Below the pieces are notes generated by a model, which did no database searches, was not told the origin of the DNA, and saw only the letters and a program-made list of their open reading frames with translations. A DNA stretch of 64,000 nucleotides. It comes from Ignavibacteriales bacterium (GTDB taxonomy: Bacteria; Bacteroidota; Ignavibacteria; UBA10030). The stretch is from NCBI GenBank assembly GCA_037446575.1, contig JBBIII010000003.1, positions 87,430 through 151,429 of the forward strand. The letters run 5' to 3'. Made by a program: the position numbers and the translations under genes. Of this stretch, positions 30,685 to 40,527 are shown in pieces (the stretch's first letter is position 1; each line of letters opens with the position of its first letter).

Positions 30685-31200
30685 CTATTTTTTCTTTTTT
30701 CTTTTTACATTCTTTATTTTTTTTCTTCTTAAAGATAATTTTTTCCCTCTTTTTGTCCCCTTATCTGCTTTAACTTTTTTTGTAATACTTGTTTTCTTCT
30801 TTTTCTTTACATTCCCTTTTAATTTGGTGACCATTGTTATAAAAGCTTTCCGCTTAATACTTCCGATTTCTTCATCATCTTCAGATTCAATATTTCCAGT
30901 AATTTGCGAATCCCGTAATTTGACTCTATCTTCTGGATAGAACCCAAGTTTTTCCATTTCTGAATCAACATATTCATTATCTAAAATTTCTTCTTCGTCC
31001 TGCTCTTTGTTATGAGCAGGAATAATTTGAAATCGCTTATCGCCTTCCAACATTGCACTAAAATCTGGCAACGATGCAACTTCGAAACCCGATTTTTTTG
31101 ATCGCTTAACAACTTCTTCCCACACAATTTGCACAGGTAAAATAGAATTTTTTTGAGCTGATAAAATCAACTCTGCTTCATTTAAGCTCCTCTCGTACAC
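30685..31200 (-). CDS. hypothetical charged protein: HARE-HTH-like N-domain, acidic linker, poly-lysine tail
   Basis: 171 aa. The N-terminal ~65 aa loosely resemble the RNAP delta/HARE-HTH fold (…DKRFQII…). An acidic segment (EEEILDNEYVDSEME…ESEDDEE) follows. The C-terminus is KKKKKTSITKKVKADKGTKRGKKLSLRRKKIKNVKRKKKK. Confidence 0.4.
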   Translation of the reverse strand: MYERSLNEAELILSAQKNSILPVQIVWEEVVKRSKKSGFEVASLPDFSAMLEGDKRFQIIPAHNKEQDEEEILDNEYVDSEMEKLGFYPEDRVKLRDSQITGNIESEDDEEIGSIKRKAFITMVTKLKGNVKKKKKTSITKKVKADKGTKRGKKLSLRRKKIKNVKRKKKK

Positions 31201-31272
31201 GGCCTACTCCTTCTTGTTTTAAACTTTAGATACAAAAAATGTATAATTATTTCGAAGAAATCGCAAGTTCCA

Positions 31273-32517
31273 CTATTTTTCTTTTTGTACAAGAATCTTA
31301 ATATGATTTGGAATACGAGCTAATAGTATAGTTCCAACTAAAGCAAAAAATAACGAACCTGCAAAGATTAAATTATAACCAAAATGATTACTTAACCAAC
31401 CGGCAATTGGCGCAATCGCATAGAATGGCGCAAACCATGCATTCATAAGTCCTACATACATAGATCTGTCTTTTTCTTGTGCACATTCAATTGCATAATT
31501 ATATCGCATAAACAATTCCACGCCCAAGTTTATTCCGAATAATATAAAAACCAAATAGAACCATTCTACAGTTGGAGCAACTAATGCGATAAATATCGAT
31601 AAGAACAAACATATACTACATATAACCAATCCGGTTTTTGTTCCTTTGTTATCTGCCACCCAGCCAAGTATTACGCCACTAATAATTTGCCCAATAATTG
31701 TAAGAATTGTGAACAATCCTATTGAGGATTCGGTTAAAGTAAAACGCTTCATTGCCGCAACTGTAAAAAAAGCCGCAGATGCGAAACTAACAATCACAAA
31801 CGACGACGCTATTAAAAATTTTTTGAAAATTATATCATTCGAGATTATAGCGCTTACATGAAAAAAAAGTTTTTTCATTTGGACTGGCGCAGTAGTAACC
31901 GATGGGGTATTTTCAACAACCTTGCGTTGTATTATTAACGAACCAATTTGATATAAGCCCGCCAATACAATTGCTGAAGCGTAATTAAATGGATAAGAAA
32001 TAAATGTTAAGAGCGCAGTAACAATTATTCCGTTAAATAAACCTATTGCGGCGGCTATAGAAGTTCTCCACCCCATAAGCTTTCCTCTTGTTTCGGGTGG
32101 TGTTGTTTTAGCTAGAAAATCCATCCAAATTGGAGAAACGATCCCCGCAACTATTTGATTGGATATAAATATTAGAAATAATAGAGTAAGCGTAATAGAA
32201 GAGTAAGAATTGCCAAGTAACGCGACCACAAGACCCAATATTAAAATATGAAATCTTTGAATTAATCCCTGTTTAATAACGGTTGGCTTGCGAAATTTCG
32301 ATTTTGTAGAATAATTTGCAGAAATAACTTGAGGAAAAAAAAAAGCTAGATAAATAACAACAGGCCACGCACCTACTAATACATCGTTACCGCCTAATCT
32401 TGTAATTAAAGCTGGCATCAAGGTCTGTGTAGAAATAAGTGCGCCTGTGCTAATATATAATGCGCCTTCGATTATATGATACCGTTCATTTTTTTTTAAT
32501 ATTTCTTTGTTATCCAT
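31273..32517 (-). CDS. MFS transporter
   Basis: 414 aa with about 12 predicted TM helices and two 6-helix halves. Confidence 0.7.
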   Translation of the reverse strand: MDNKEILKKNERYHIIEGALYISTGALISTQTLMPALITRLGGNDVLVGAWPVVIYLAFFFPQVISANYSTKSKFRKPTVIKQGLIQRFHILILGLVVALLGNSYSSITLTLLFLIFISNQIVAGIVSPIWMDFLAKTTPPETRGKLMGWRTSIAAAIGLFNGIIVTALLTFISYPFNYASAIVLAGLYQIGSLIIQRKVVENTPSVTTAPVQMKKLFFHVSAIISNDIIFKKFLIASSFVIVSFASAAFFTVAAMKRFTLTESSIGLFTILTIIGQIISGVILGWVADNKGTKTGLVICSICLFLSIFIALVAPTVEWFYLVFILFGINLGVELFMRYNYAIECAQEKDRSMYVGLMNAWFAPFYAIAPIAGWLSNHFGYNLIFAGSLFFALVGTILLARIPNHIKILVQKEK

Positions 32518-32584
32518 ATTTTTCTATAAAAACAAGAAAAGGTCACCTAATGCGACCTTCATGTTTGAATTTATGATCCCGCAA

Positions 32585-32992
32585 TTATTTTTTCATCATT
32601 TTATCTGCAAATAATTGAGCTACTTTTTCTATATCGTAACCTACCTTTGGTAGATAAATTCCTCCATATTTTTCAACCATTGCTTTCAGCGTATCATAAG
32701 CATCGGCGCTGCAAAAGAATGTAGGTGTGCCTCTATTAGGTCCCTCTTTCTTTGCTAATTGTAGAAGCGCAATTCCGGGCAGATGTCCTTTGAGATTTGT
32801 GTCTTTAAAATCATTATCTAAGATAATTAAGTCAAATACTTCCGACTTTATCTTCACCCAAGTATCGACACTATTTGCAGTTTCAATGACAGCAATTTCA
32901 TCTTCTACAATCGCAGTAGCAACCTCAAGCGCAAAACCGTGAGATTTGCGTTGTCCTTCGTCGTCATCGGCAACTAATACTTTATACGGCAT
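32585..32992 (-). CDS. single-domain response regulator receiver protein (atypical)
   Basis: VLVADDDE acidic pocket. Phospho-acceptor candidate in LIILDNDF. Conserved Lys in LPKVG. Confidence 0.5.
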   Translation of the reverse strand: MPYKVLVADDDEGQRKSHGFALEVATAIVEDEIAVIETANSVDTWVKIKSEVFDLIILDNDFKDTNLKGHLPGIALLQLAKKEGPNRGTPTFFCSADAYDTLKAMVEKYGGIYLPKVGYDIEKVAQLFADKMMKK

Positions 32993-33096
32993 TTTGATTT
33001 ACAATTCTTTAAATGTTTATTTTATTATAGTTTATACTACAAACTTTTCATAGGAAAAACAATAACTAGAATTATATGAAAATTTTCAAATAAAAA

Positions 33097-34842
33097 TTAT
33101 CGAACAAACACTAACTTTCCTCCAATAAATGTTTTTTCTACTGTTGTCTTTGGAATTTCATTTTCATCACAAGTGAAAATATCGTTAGATATAATTATAA
33201 AATCTGCAAGTTTTCCTTTTTCAATAGAACCTTTTATGTCTTCTTCAAATGCAGAATACGCCGCCCATGTTGTAAAGCTACGAACTGCTTCTTCTCTTGT
33301 CATTTTTTGTGATACGTACCAACCATTCTCGAATTCTTTCTCATCAATGATTCCATCCGGTGAAATCTCGAATAATTTTTGAACCTCCTTCGCATTCTTA
33401 GGGATACCATTTAAATCTCTTCTTGTGCAAGCCGCATAAATTCCAAAAAATGGGTTTGGGCTCTCGACAGGAAAATCTGATCCACCGGCAATAGCAATTC
33501 CCGTTTCTAATAATGAACGCCATGCATAAGCGCCTCTTATCCTTTTCGAACCTAAACGTGCTTCCGCCCAATACATATCCGATGTACAATGCGTTGGCTG
33601 CATACTTGGTATAACGTTTAGTTTCCTAAAGCGAGGAATATCATACGGTGCAAGTACTTGAGCATGTTCAATCCGCAAACGCGCATTCTTAAGTTTTAAT
33701 TTATCTAAATATTTTTCATAAGTATTCAAAATTATATGATTTGCTCTATCGCCTATAGCGTGCACACAGACTTGAAAACCTATATTAAGCGCTTCATCAA
33801 CAAATTGATTTAAATTTGAATCGGATAAAACAGTAACACCGCGATTATATGGATCATCAGAATATGGTTCAATCAATGCCGCACCACGTGAGCCAAGCGC
33901 ACCATCAATAAATAATTTCAAAGCCCGTATTGTTAATTTATTGTTTCCATAGCCAATTAACGGACCTTTGTCTTTCATCGTGTCCCATAAATTACTTGTG
34001 CCATCAATTGCGCCATACAACCTAATTGGAAAATTGTTGTCGTCGATCATTTGTTTATAAACTTCATATTGCTTACTGTCGATTCCCATTTCGTGAACCG
34101 ATGTTAATCCGTATGACAAACATTCTTTAATAGCACTTGTAATAGCTTTATTTATTTCATCTTCAGTCGGTTCCGGCACAAATCTATAAATCAGTTCCAT
34201 AGCGGCATCTATAAACACACCCGTAGGATTTCCATTTGCATCTCTTATAATTTTACCGCCAACCGGATCCCGTGTATTTTTATCTACACCTGCAATTTCC
34301 ATTGCTTTTTTATTTACCCAACAGGCATGTCCATCAACACGCGTTAGATAAATAGGTGTATGAGATAAATATTTGTCTAGTGATTTATGAGTAGGAAATA
34401 ATTTGACTTTCCATAAGTTCTGATCCCACCCCCTCCCACGAATCCAATTAGATAATTGTAATGCACCTGTTTTTTCTGCGACTTTTTTTGCCGCCTCAAA
34501 TTCAGATCCGGAATTAGTCAGGTCAATTGTTAAATGTGCTAACCCTAATCCTAACAAATGGCAGTGCGCATCTATTAAACCAGGAATTACAGTCTTACCG
34601 TTAAGGTCTATTAAATCGGGAGCTGAATATTTTCTTTTTATTTTTTCTGATGTTCCTACCCCAACGATACGTTCTCCAGAAACAGCTATAGCTTCAACTA
34701 TAGATTTTTTTTCATCCATAGTATAAATTTTTCCGTTAAAATAAATTACATCTGCGCTACTTGGCATATAATAAATAAGTATGATTGCAATTACGCATGT
34801 CAATAGAATAAAAATGAGAAATAATCGCATTTGCCGCGACAT
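33097..34842 (-). CDS. amidohydrolase-3 family metal-dependent hydrolase
   Basis: 581 aa. N-terminal signal anchor. Motif IPGLIDAHCHL. YtcJ-like architecture. Confidence 0.8.
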   Translation of the reverse strand: MSRQMRLFLIFILLTCVIAIILIYYMPSSADVIYFNGKIYTMDEKKSIVEAIAVSGERIVGVGTSEKIKRKYSAPDLIDLNGKTVIPGLIDAHCHLLGLGLAHLTIDLTNSGSEFEAAKKVAEKTGALQLSNWIRGRGWDQNLWKVKLFPTHKSLDKYLSHTPIYLTRVDGHACWVNKKAMEIAGVDKNTRDPVGGKIIRDANGNPTGVFIDAAMELIYRFVPEPTEDEINKAITSAIKECLSYGLTSVHEMGIDSKQYEVYKQMIDDNNFPIRLYGAIDGTSNLWDTMKDKGPLIGYGNNKLTIRALKLFIDGALGSRGAALIEPYSDDPYNRGVTVLSDSNLNQFVDEALNIGFQVCVHAIGDRANHIILNTYEKYLDKLKLKNARLRIEHAQVLAPYDIPRFRKLNVIPSMQPTHCTSDMYWAEARLGSKRIRGAYAWRSLLETGIAIAGGSDFPVESPNPFFGIYAACTRRDLNGIPKNAKEVQKLFEISPDGIIDEKEFENGWYVSQKMTREEAVRSFTTWAAYSAFEEDIKGSIEKGKLADFIIISNDIFTCDENEIPKTTVEKTFIGGKLVFVR

Positions 34843-34966
34843 ATTTAATTCCTTTACGTGAACTGTCCAACAATAACATTTTTTCGACCAGCAGAAATGT
34901 AACTTGCTATAAAAGAAATTGCAATAGATATGATTTAAGATAAATATTTAATTGCCCAGAATGTAA

Positions 34967-34995
34967 TTGCCTGCAAATTGATGATTTTGTATATT
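34967..34995 (+). promoter_or_regulatory. sigma70-like promoter candidate upstream of the tRNA pair
   Basis: TTGCCT, 17 nt, TATATT, about 20 nt upstream of tRNA-Gln. Flanked by a direct repeat of TAATTGCC. Confidence 0.25.
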
Positions 34996-35014
34996 GTTAT
35001 AGCGAAATAGATAT

Positions 35015-35087
35015 TGCCCCGTGGTGTAATTGGCAACACGCCTGACTCTGGATCAGGAAAGTCTAGGTTCGACCCCTAGCGGGGCAG
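35015..35087 (+). tRNA. tRNA-Gln (anticodon CUG)
   Basis: Cloverleaf folded by hand. Acceptor stem UGCCCCG/CGGGGCA with U1-A72. D-stem GUGU/ACAC. Anticodon stem CCUGA/UCAGG with loop CUCUGGA. T-arm CUAGG-UUCGACC-CCUAG. CCA not encoded. Confidence 0.8.
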
Positions 35088-35103
35088 CAATTTTTAAAAA
35101 AAA

Positions 35104-35176
35104 TGGCGCTATCGTCTAACGGTTTAGGACGGAGCCCTCTCAAGGCTCAAATACGGGTTCGATTCCCGTTAGCGCT
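35104..35176 (+). tRNA. tRNA-Glu (anticodon CUC)
   Basis: Acceptor stem GGCGCUA/UAGCGCU (G1.U72 wobble). Anticodon stem GAGCC/GGCUC with loop CUCUCAA. T-arm ACGGG-UUCGAUU-CCCGU. Confidence 0.7.
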
Positions 35177-35353
35177 ACGCTAAATACCCACTATTTTACT
35201 AAAAAAGGCAATATTTTTCATATTTCGCCATTTTAGTTTTAAATTTGATTTTCAAAAAAAGTTAAAAAAGTTGAAAATTTTATTTGCTCATTTCAATAAG
35301 AATATATATTTTCAACCACATTTTATAATTTCAAAAAAGGCAATGGTTAAAAA

Positions 35354-38300
35354 ATGGCTATTGATCTCTTAGAACAAATATTTCCGCATATTAAGAATTC
35401 GATATATCCAGTTAGGGAATCTTTATCAGATTGGAAAATGAAGGAAACCAACGCCCCTAATGCTCAATCAGTTACTCTTAATGATAAACCGTGGATATCA
35501 ATCCGTATTCCCTTTCAATGGGGAAAATTCAATCAGACTTGCTGGTTTCGAAAAAAAATAAAAATTACTCAACCTTACGCAAACAAGAGTGTAGTTTTAT
35601 TATTAGATTTCTCCGCTGCATTATTATATGTAAATGGAAAGCCATTTCATGGAATTGATAAAAATCATAATGAAATATTGTTATGCGAAAAAGCGAAATT
35701 AGATGAAGAATATTTAATAGCTATCGAAGCATTTAACGTGCATAAGAATGAACAAATTACATTTGCTACCGCAGAGATTGCAGTAATTGATCCTACAGCA
35801 CGGCGACTTTATAATGCAATAACTGCATTACTAGAAGTGGATAAGATGATGGAACATGGTTCATTTGAGTCTAAAGAAATTAGAGAACTAATTCGCCGTA
35901 CGCTAATCTTCCTAAAATATTTTAAACCCGGGAGTGAAGAATATCCAAACGCTATTCGAAGGGGATATAATTTTCTGCTTAGTACTCTTGAAAATGAATT
36001 TAAAACTATTATTCAAGGGGATGTTCATCTTATTGGGCAATCACATATTAGCACAGCATGGCAATGGACTATAGGTGAAACCAAAAGAAAATGTGCAAGG
36101 ACGTTTTCTTCAATGCTTAGATTGATGGAAGAGTTTCCAGAATTTAAATTTTCACAAAGCCAGGCTTTTAATTATCTATTAGTCAAAAATAATTATCCTG
36201 ATTTATACAAGCAAATAAGACAACGCATATCTGAAGGCAGATGGGAACCAATTTGTTCGATGTGGACCGAGCCAGATTTTAATATACCTAATGGAGAATC
36301 ATTCATCAGACAAATTCTATACGCCAAACAATTTCTTAAGAATGAATTTGACTTAGATTCTAATATTGCCTGGCTACCCGATTCATACGGTTTTAATGCG
36401 GCTTTGCCACAAATATTTTATAAATCAGGCATTAAATATTTTTATACATCAAAACTTACATGGAATGACACAAATCAATTTCCATACACATCATTCTGGT
36501 GGCAAGGGATAGACAAAACTAAGATATTATCGCACATCTCACCTACTGGACTTGAAGGGCAAATAACTCCCGCATTTTTAAAAAATAACATTACTCATCT
36601 TCAAAATCATCCTGAGCTTCCAATATTACTTCAAACTTATGGTTATGGAGCTGTAGGTGGTGGTCCATCTAAACAGCAGATAGACTATTCCGTAATTTTA
36701 AGAAACATAAATGGATTGCCATCGTCAAAAATTTCTACTGCAATTGAATTCTTTAAAGCAATTGAAGAAAAGTCTTCTGAACTACCCGTATGGGAAAATG
36801 AGCTTTACCTCGAAACACATAGAGGAACTTACACAACTAATGCATGGATAAAACAACAAAATAGAAAATTAGAAAATCTTTTATACAACGCCGAACTATT
36901 AGCCGTAATAGCATTATTATACGGAAAAGGCAAAACAGCAAAAAAATATCCTAAAGCCGAGCTCGAAACAGCATGGAAAAAACTTATAACAAATCAATCT
37001 TATAATATTATAAGCGGAACTGCAATAAGCGATGTATATAAAGAATCAAAAAATGATTACAAAGATATTGAAACTACTTGTGCAAAAGCAATAGAAAACT
37101 GCATAAATAGTATATCTTTGATTTCCAAAAAAAATAAAAAAGTATTTTATTTCACGGTATTAAATTTTTTGGGTTGGACGCGTAACGAGTATATCGAGTT
37201 AACAATTAACTCGAAAGAAAAAAGAATTCTGATAAGAGATTCGGAAGGCAACATAATTGAGCATCAAATTTTAAAGAAAAATAAAAAAGAACAGACCATA
37301 TTGTGCTACGTAGAAAACATTCCTCCTTTTAGTTCTAAAAATTTTGCTGTATATATTGCAGACACGTCAAAGGGAAAGGACGAAGTATGGAAGCAGTCTA
37401 CTCATAGTCTCGAAACTCCTTTTTATAAAGTTCGCTTTGACAATAAAGGGGCTTTTAGTTCACTCTACGCAAAATTTTTAAAGCGAGAATTAATTCAGAA
37501 AAATAGGCGCGGCAATCAAATATTGACATTCAAAGATACGCCCAAGCAATGGGACGCATGGAATATTGAAGCTGAGGCAGAAAAGCATAAACTCGAAATA
37601 TGGCATGTAAAGCAATTAAAAATAACAGAAAGCGGTCCGTTACGTGCCACAATATACTTGGAATATAAAAGCGACAACGGATCTCACCTAAAACAGAATA
37701 TTCATTTTTATCATAAATGTCCACGAATTGATTTTGATACAATTGTAGATTGGTATGAGAACAACGTTTTAATGAAAACAGCGTTTCCTATTAATCTAAA
37801 AAGCAACTTAGCGACTTACGAAATACAATATGGTGCAATTGAGCGTTCCACTAAAACAAATACAGATTTTGACCGCGCCAAATTTGAAGTCCCCGCACAA
37901 AGATGGGCAGACATTTCTGATTCGAAATATGGAGTTAGTTTGCTTAACGATTGCAAATATGGTTATGATACTAAAGAAAACGTTATACGTCTTACATTAT
38001 TAAGGTCGGCTCACGCTCCAAGTCTTAATGATCCGAAACAAGCAAGCAGTGAGTTGATCGAAGAAGAAAAACACAATTTTCGTTACTCAATTCTACCTCA
38101 CAGCGGAGACTGGAAAAAAGCCAATACTGTTCTTCGAGCTCAAGAATTAAATTCACCGACGCTTCTATTATCAAACCGTCAGATAAATCTTTTATCAATG
38201 CTCACGGTATCAAAGCAAAACATCGTAATAAGCGCGATAAAGAAAGCAGAATTAGACGATGCAATTATAGCGCGGTTGTATGAATCGAGTGGAGAACCGA

Positions 38301-38473
38301 CAGACACAATTATTCAATTTGGCTTTGAGATAAAAAATGTTTTTGAATGTAATCTTTTAGAAACCGAGGAAAAAGAAATAACCTGTAAAAAGTCACGAAT
38401 TCATTTGAAATTTAAGCCATTTGATATTAAAACTATAAAGTTCACTGCAAAACAAAAAAAGAGAAGAAAATAA
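35354..38473 (+). CDS. alpha-mannosidase, glycoside hydrolase family 38
   Basis: 1039 aa. The GH38 N-terminal catalytic signature HLIGQSHISTAWQWT matches the family H-x-GHSH-D-W motif. Central and C-terminal beta domains are present. Confidence 0.8.
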   Translation: MAIDLLEQIFPHIKNSIYPVRESLSDWKMKETNAPNAQSVTLNDKPWISIRIPFQWGKFNQTCWFRKKIKITQPYANKSVVLLLDFSAALLYVNGKPFHGIDKNHNEILLCEKAKLDEEYLIAIEAFNVHKNEQITFATAEIAVIDPTARRLYNAITALLEVDKMMEHGSFESKEIRELIRRTLIFLKYFKPGSEEYPNAIRRGYNFLLSTLENEFKTIIQGDVHLIGQSHISTAWQWTIGETKRKCARTFSSMLRLMEEFPEFKFSQSQAFNYLLVKNNYPDLYKQIRQRISEGRWEPICSMWTEPDFNIPNGESFIRQILYAKQFLKNEFDLDSNIAWLPDSYGFNAALPQIFYKSGIKYFYTSKLTWNDTNQFPYTSFWWQGIDKTKILSHISPTGLEGQITPAFLKNNITHLQNHPELPILLQTYGYGAVGGGPSKQQIDYSVILRNINGLPSSKISTAIEFFKAIEEKSSELPVWENELYLETHRGTYTTNAWIKQQNRKLENLLYNAELLAVIALLYGKGKTAKKYPKAELETAWKKLITNQSYNIISGTAISDVYKESKNDYKDIETTCAKAIENCINSISLISKKNKKVFYFTVLNFLGWTRNEYIELTINSKEKRILIRDSEGNIIEHQILKKNKKEQTILCYVENIPPFSSKNFAVYIADTSKGKDEVWKQSTHSLETPFYKVRFDNKGAFSSLYAKFLKRELIQKNRRGNQILTFKDTPKQWDAWNIEAEAEKHKLEIWHVKQLKITESGPLRATIYLEYKSDNGSHLKQNIHFYHKCPRIDFDTIVDWYENNVLMKTAFPINLKSNLATYEIQYGAIERSTKTNTDFDRAKFEVPAQRWADISDSKYGVSLLNDCKYGYDTKENVIRLTLLRSAHAPSLNDPKQASSELIEEEKHNFRYSILPHSGDWKKANTVLRAQELNSPTLLLSNRQINLLSMLTVSKQNIVISAIKKAELDDAIIARLYESSGEPTDTIIQFGFEIKNVFECNLLETEEKEITCKKSRIHLKFKPFDIKTIKFTAKQKKRRK

Positions 38474-38482
38474 TTTATAAAC

Positions 38483-38872
38483 TCATTTATTTTGATTTTC
38501 ATTTCCAAGCATGTTGCGTATCATTGAAATGATTAAAGGCATATCATAAGGTTTTTCAATAAAAGTATTCACTCCCGACTTAATAATTTCTTCTTTCACA
38601 TTCTTTTCAAAAAAACCGCTTGCAAGAATTCCCTTAAGATTAGGATTTGATTCTTTCATTTTAAGAAATGCTTCCCAACCGCCTAATCTTGGAAGACCAA
38701 GATCAGATAATACAACGCCTATATTTTCTTTGTTTTCTAAAAAAGTGTCAATTGCTTCCACCCCATCAGAAGCTGTAATGACTCTTAGTCCATTTAATTC
38801 CAGCATAATTTTAAGAAGAATTCTTAAAGCTTCGTCATCTTCAACTATTAGTACTGTATCAGGCGTGTTCAA
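38483..38872 (-). CDS. response regulator receiver domain protein (CheY-like)
   Basis: VLIVEDDEALR...VVLSDLGLPRLGG...KGILASG contains all receiver hallmarks. Confidence 0.75.
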   Translation of the reverse strand: MNTPDTVLIVEDDEALRILLKIMLELNGLRVITASDGVEAIDTFLENKENIGVVLSDLGLPRLGGWEAFLKMKESNPNLKGILASGFFEKNVKEEIIKSGVNTFIEKPYDMPLIISMIRNMLGNENQNK

Positions 38873-38958
38873 TTTTGCTTATCCTTTGTAAGCTAAAAAT
38901 AATATTTATACATAATTGAAACTATACTGAACAAAAATTAATAGGGAATAATTATTTT

Positions 38959-40518
38959 TTAAAATGGAAACTCGTTAGTTTCATTGATTGTTGATTTAGC
39001 TTTAATGACTTCTGGTATTCGGGCTTTTTGATGAATAGTATTTGTATTAACGTATATTGCTTTATTTGGTAAAACCGGACAAGCGTATTGACAAGCGCCA
39101 CAACCGACACATAAGTCAATTTCAATTTCTGGAATCATCAAATATTTTTTATATGGGACCATTTTTACTGCTTTTGTAGGACAATGTTCCGAACATGCAC
39201 CGCAATCTCTTCCTTTTGTAACTACAATACAGTCCGGTTTAAAGAACTCTACCTTCCCTATTTGTATTTCTTTTTTCGTATTTATATCTATCGGCAAGAT
39301 AGCACCACTTGGACAAATTTGACTGCAGATTATGCAATCATAGTTGCAATAGTTTAGATCGAAATTCAATCGTGGTTGAAAAAGACCTGCTATTCCATAT
39401 TCAAGTAATGAAGGATATAATACTTGTGTTGGACATGAGCTAACACACAGATGACAAGCTGTGCAAAGTGAAGCAAACCTTTCTACGCTCAATGAACCGG
39501 GGGGCGATATTGGATGTTTATGCGTCTCTAAATAACCACTTTCGTTTTTTGGATTTTCTAAAACATCATTGAATATTTTAGAAAATGTTATTCCGAATGT
39601 TGGCAATGCGAATATCTTCATCACAGAGCGTCTGCTCTTATTAATGTTTATTTCTGTAGTATGTATTTTTTTCTTTCTAGCATCATAGCTTATTCCTACA
39701 GTAGGACACGCACTGATGCAATTGAAGCACCCAACACAAGCGGCAAAATCAATTTCTTTATTATTGCTGTTGATACAACTTGCTTTACACACCTTTTCAC
39801 ATAAGCCGCACTCTTTACAATTATTTACATCAATTATAATTTTAAAAATCGTGAACCGGGATAAAATGCTCAGTAACGCTCCAACCGGGCATAGTGTATT
39901 ACAAAATAACCTTCCATGATTATAAGACAAATATACTATCACTAGCAAAAACAAACCTGCCGAAATAGCGGACATAGCGCTTACATAAATAATCTGGATA
40001 TGGAAAAGACTCATTATTTCTAAATGATCAAAGATATATTCAAATCCATTATTAAGCGATACAACCAAAGGGCTTAATAAATTTGCAACAATTCGTCCGT
40101 AGTTGCTAAACGGCTCAAGTAAATTTAGAAGGACAATGCTTCCTGCTAATGCTAATATTACTATAAGCGCAAATAAAGAATAATGAAGTAAATAGTATTG
40201 CTTTCTAAAGCGAAATCTATTTTTCCTCTTCCGTATGTTTGCAAAACGAATTATAACATCTTGCAATACTCCAAGAGGACAAAGAGTAGAACAGTACACA
40301 CGACCGAACAAAAATGTCAGAATAATCACAAACAACAAACCAAATGATGCGCTTGTTAGAATAACCAACGTTCGCATTAAATTTGGCGCAAGCTGAAGCG
40401 ATGTTAAAAAGGCAACATAATTAGAAGGAATAACACTAAGGTAATCAAGAAAGATTATAGTAATTGCGATTGAAAATATAATCGCAACTATAACACGAAA
40501 TCGTTTTAACCACTGCAA
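38959..40518 (-). CDS. membrane-bound polyferredoxin (NapH/MauN/CcoG-like 4Fe-4S binding protein)
   Basis: N-terminal TM helices carrying C-x2-LCP-x-G motifs (CSTLCPLG, CNTLCPVG). At least four C-x2-C-x2-C-x3-CP ferredoxin motifs follow. Confidence 0.75.
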   Translation of the reverse strand: MQWLKRFRVIVAIIFSIAITIIFLDYLSVIPSNYVAFLTSLQLAPNLMRTLVILTSASFGLLFVIILTFLFGRVYCSTLCPLGVLQDVIIRFANIRKRKNRFRFRKQYYLLHYSLFALIVILALAGSIVLLNLLEPFSNYGRIVANLLSPLVVSLNNGFEYIFDHLEIMSLFHIQIIYVSAMSAISAGLFLLVIVYLSYNHGRLFCNTLCPVGALLSILSRFTIFKIIIDVNNCKECGLCEKVCKASCINSNNKEIDFAACVGCFNCISACPTVGISYDARKKKIHTTEININKSRRSVMKIFALPTFGITFSKIFNDVLENPKNESGYLETHKHPISPPGSLSVERFASLCTACHLCVSSCPTQVLYPSLLEYGIAGLFQPRLNFDLNYCNYDCIICSQICPSGAILPIDINTKKEIQIGKVEFFKPDCIVVTKGRDCGACSEHCPTKAVKMVPYKKYLMIPEIEIDLCVGCGACQYACPVLPNKAIYVNTNTIHQKARIPEVIKAKSTINETNEFPF

Positions 40519-40527
40519 TCAGACACC

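Noticed and set aside
30677-30940. 87 aa Phe-rich plus-strand ORF
   Set aside because: It is the mirror image of the poly-Lys coding region of the minus-strand gene 30685..31200, so poly-AAA reads as poly-TTT. It is not a real gene.
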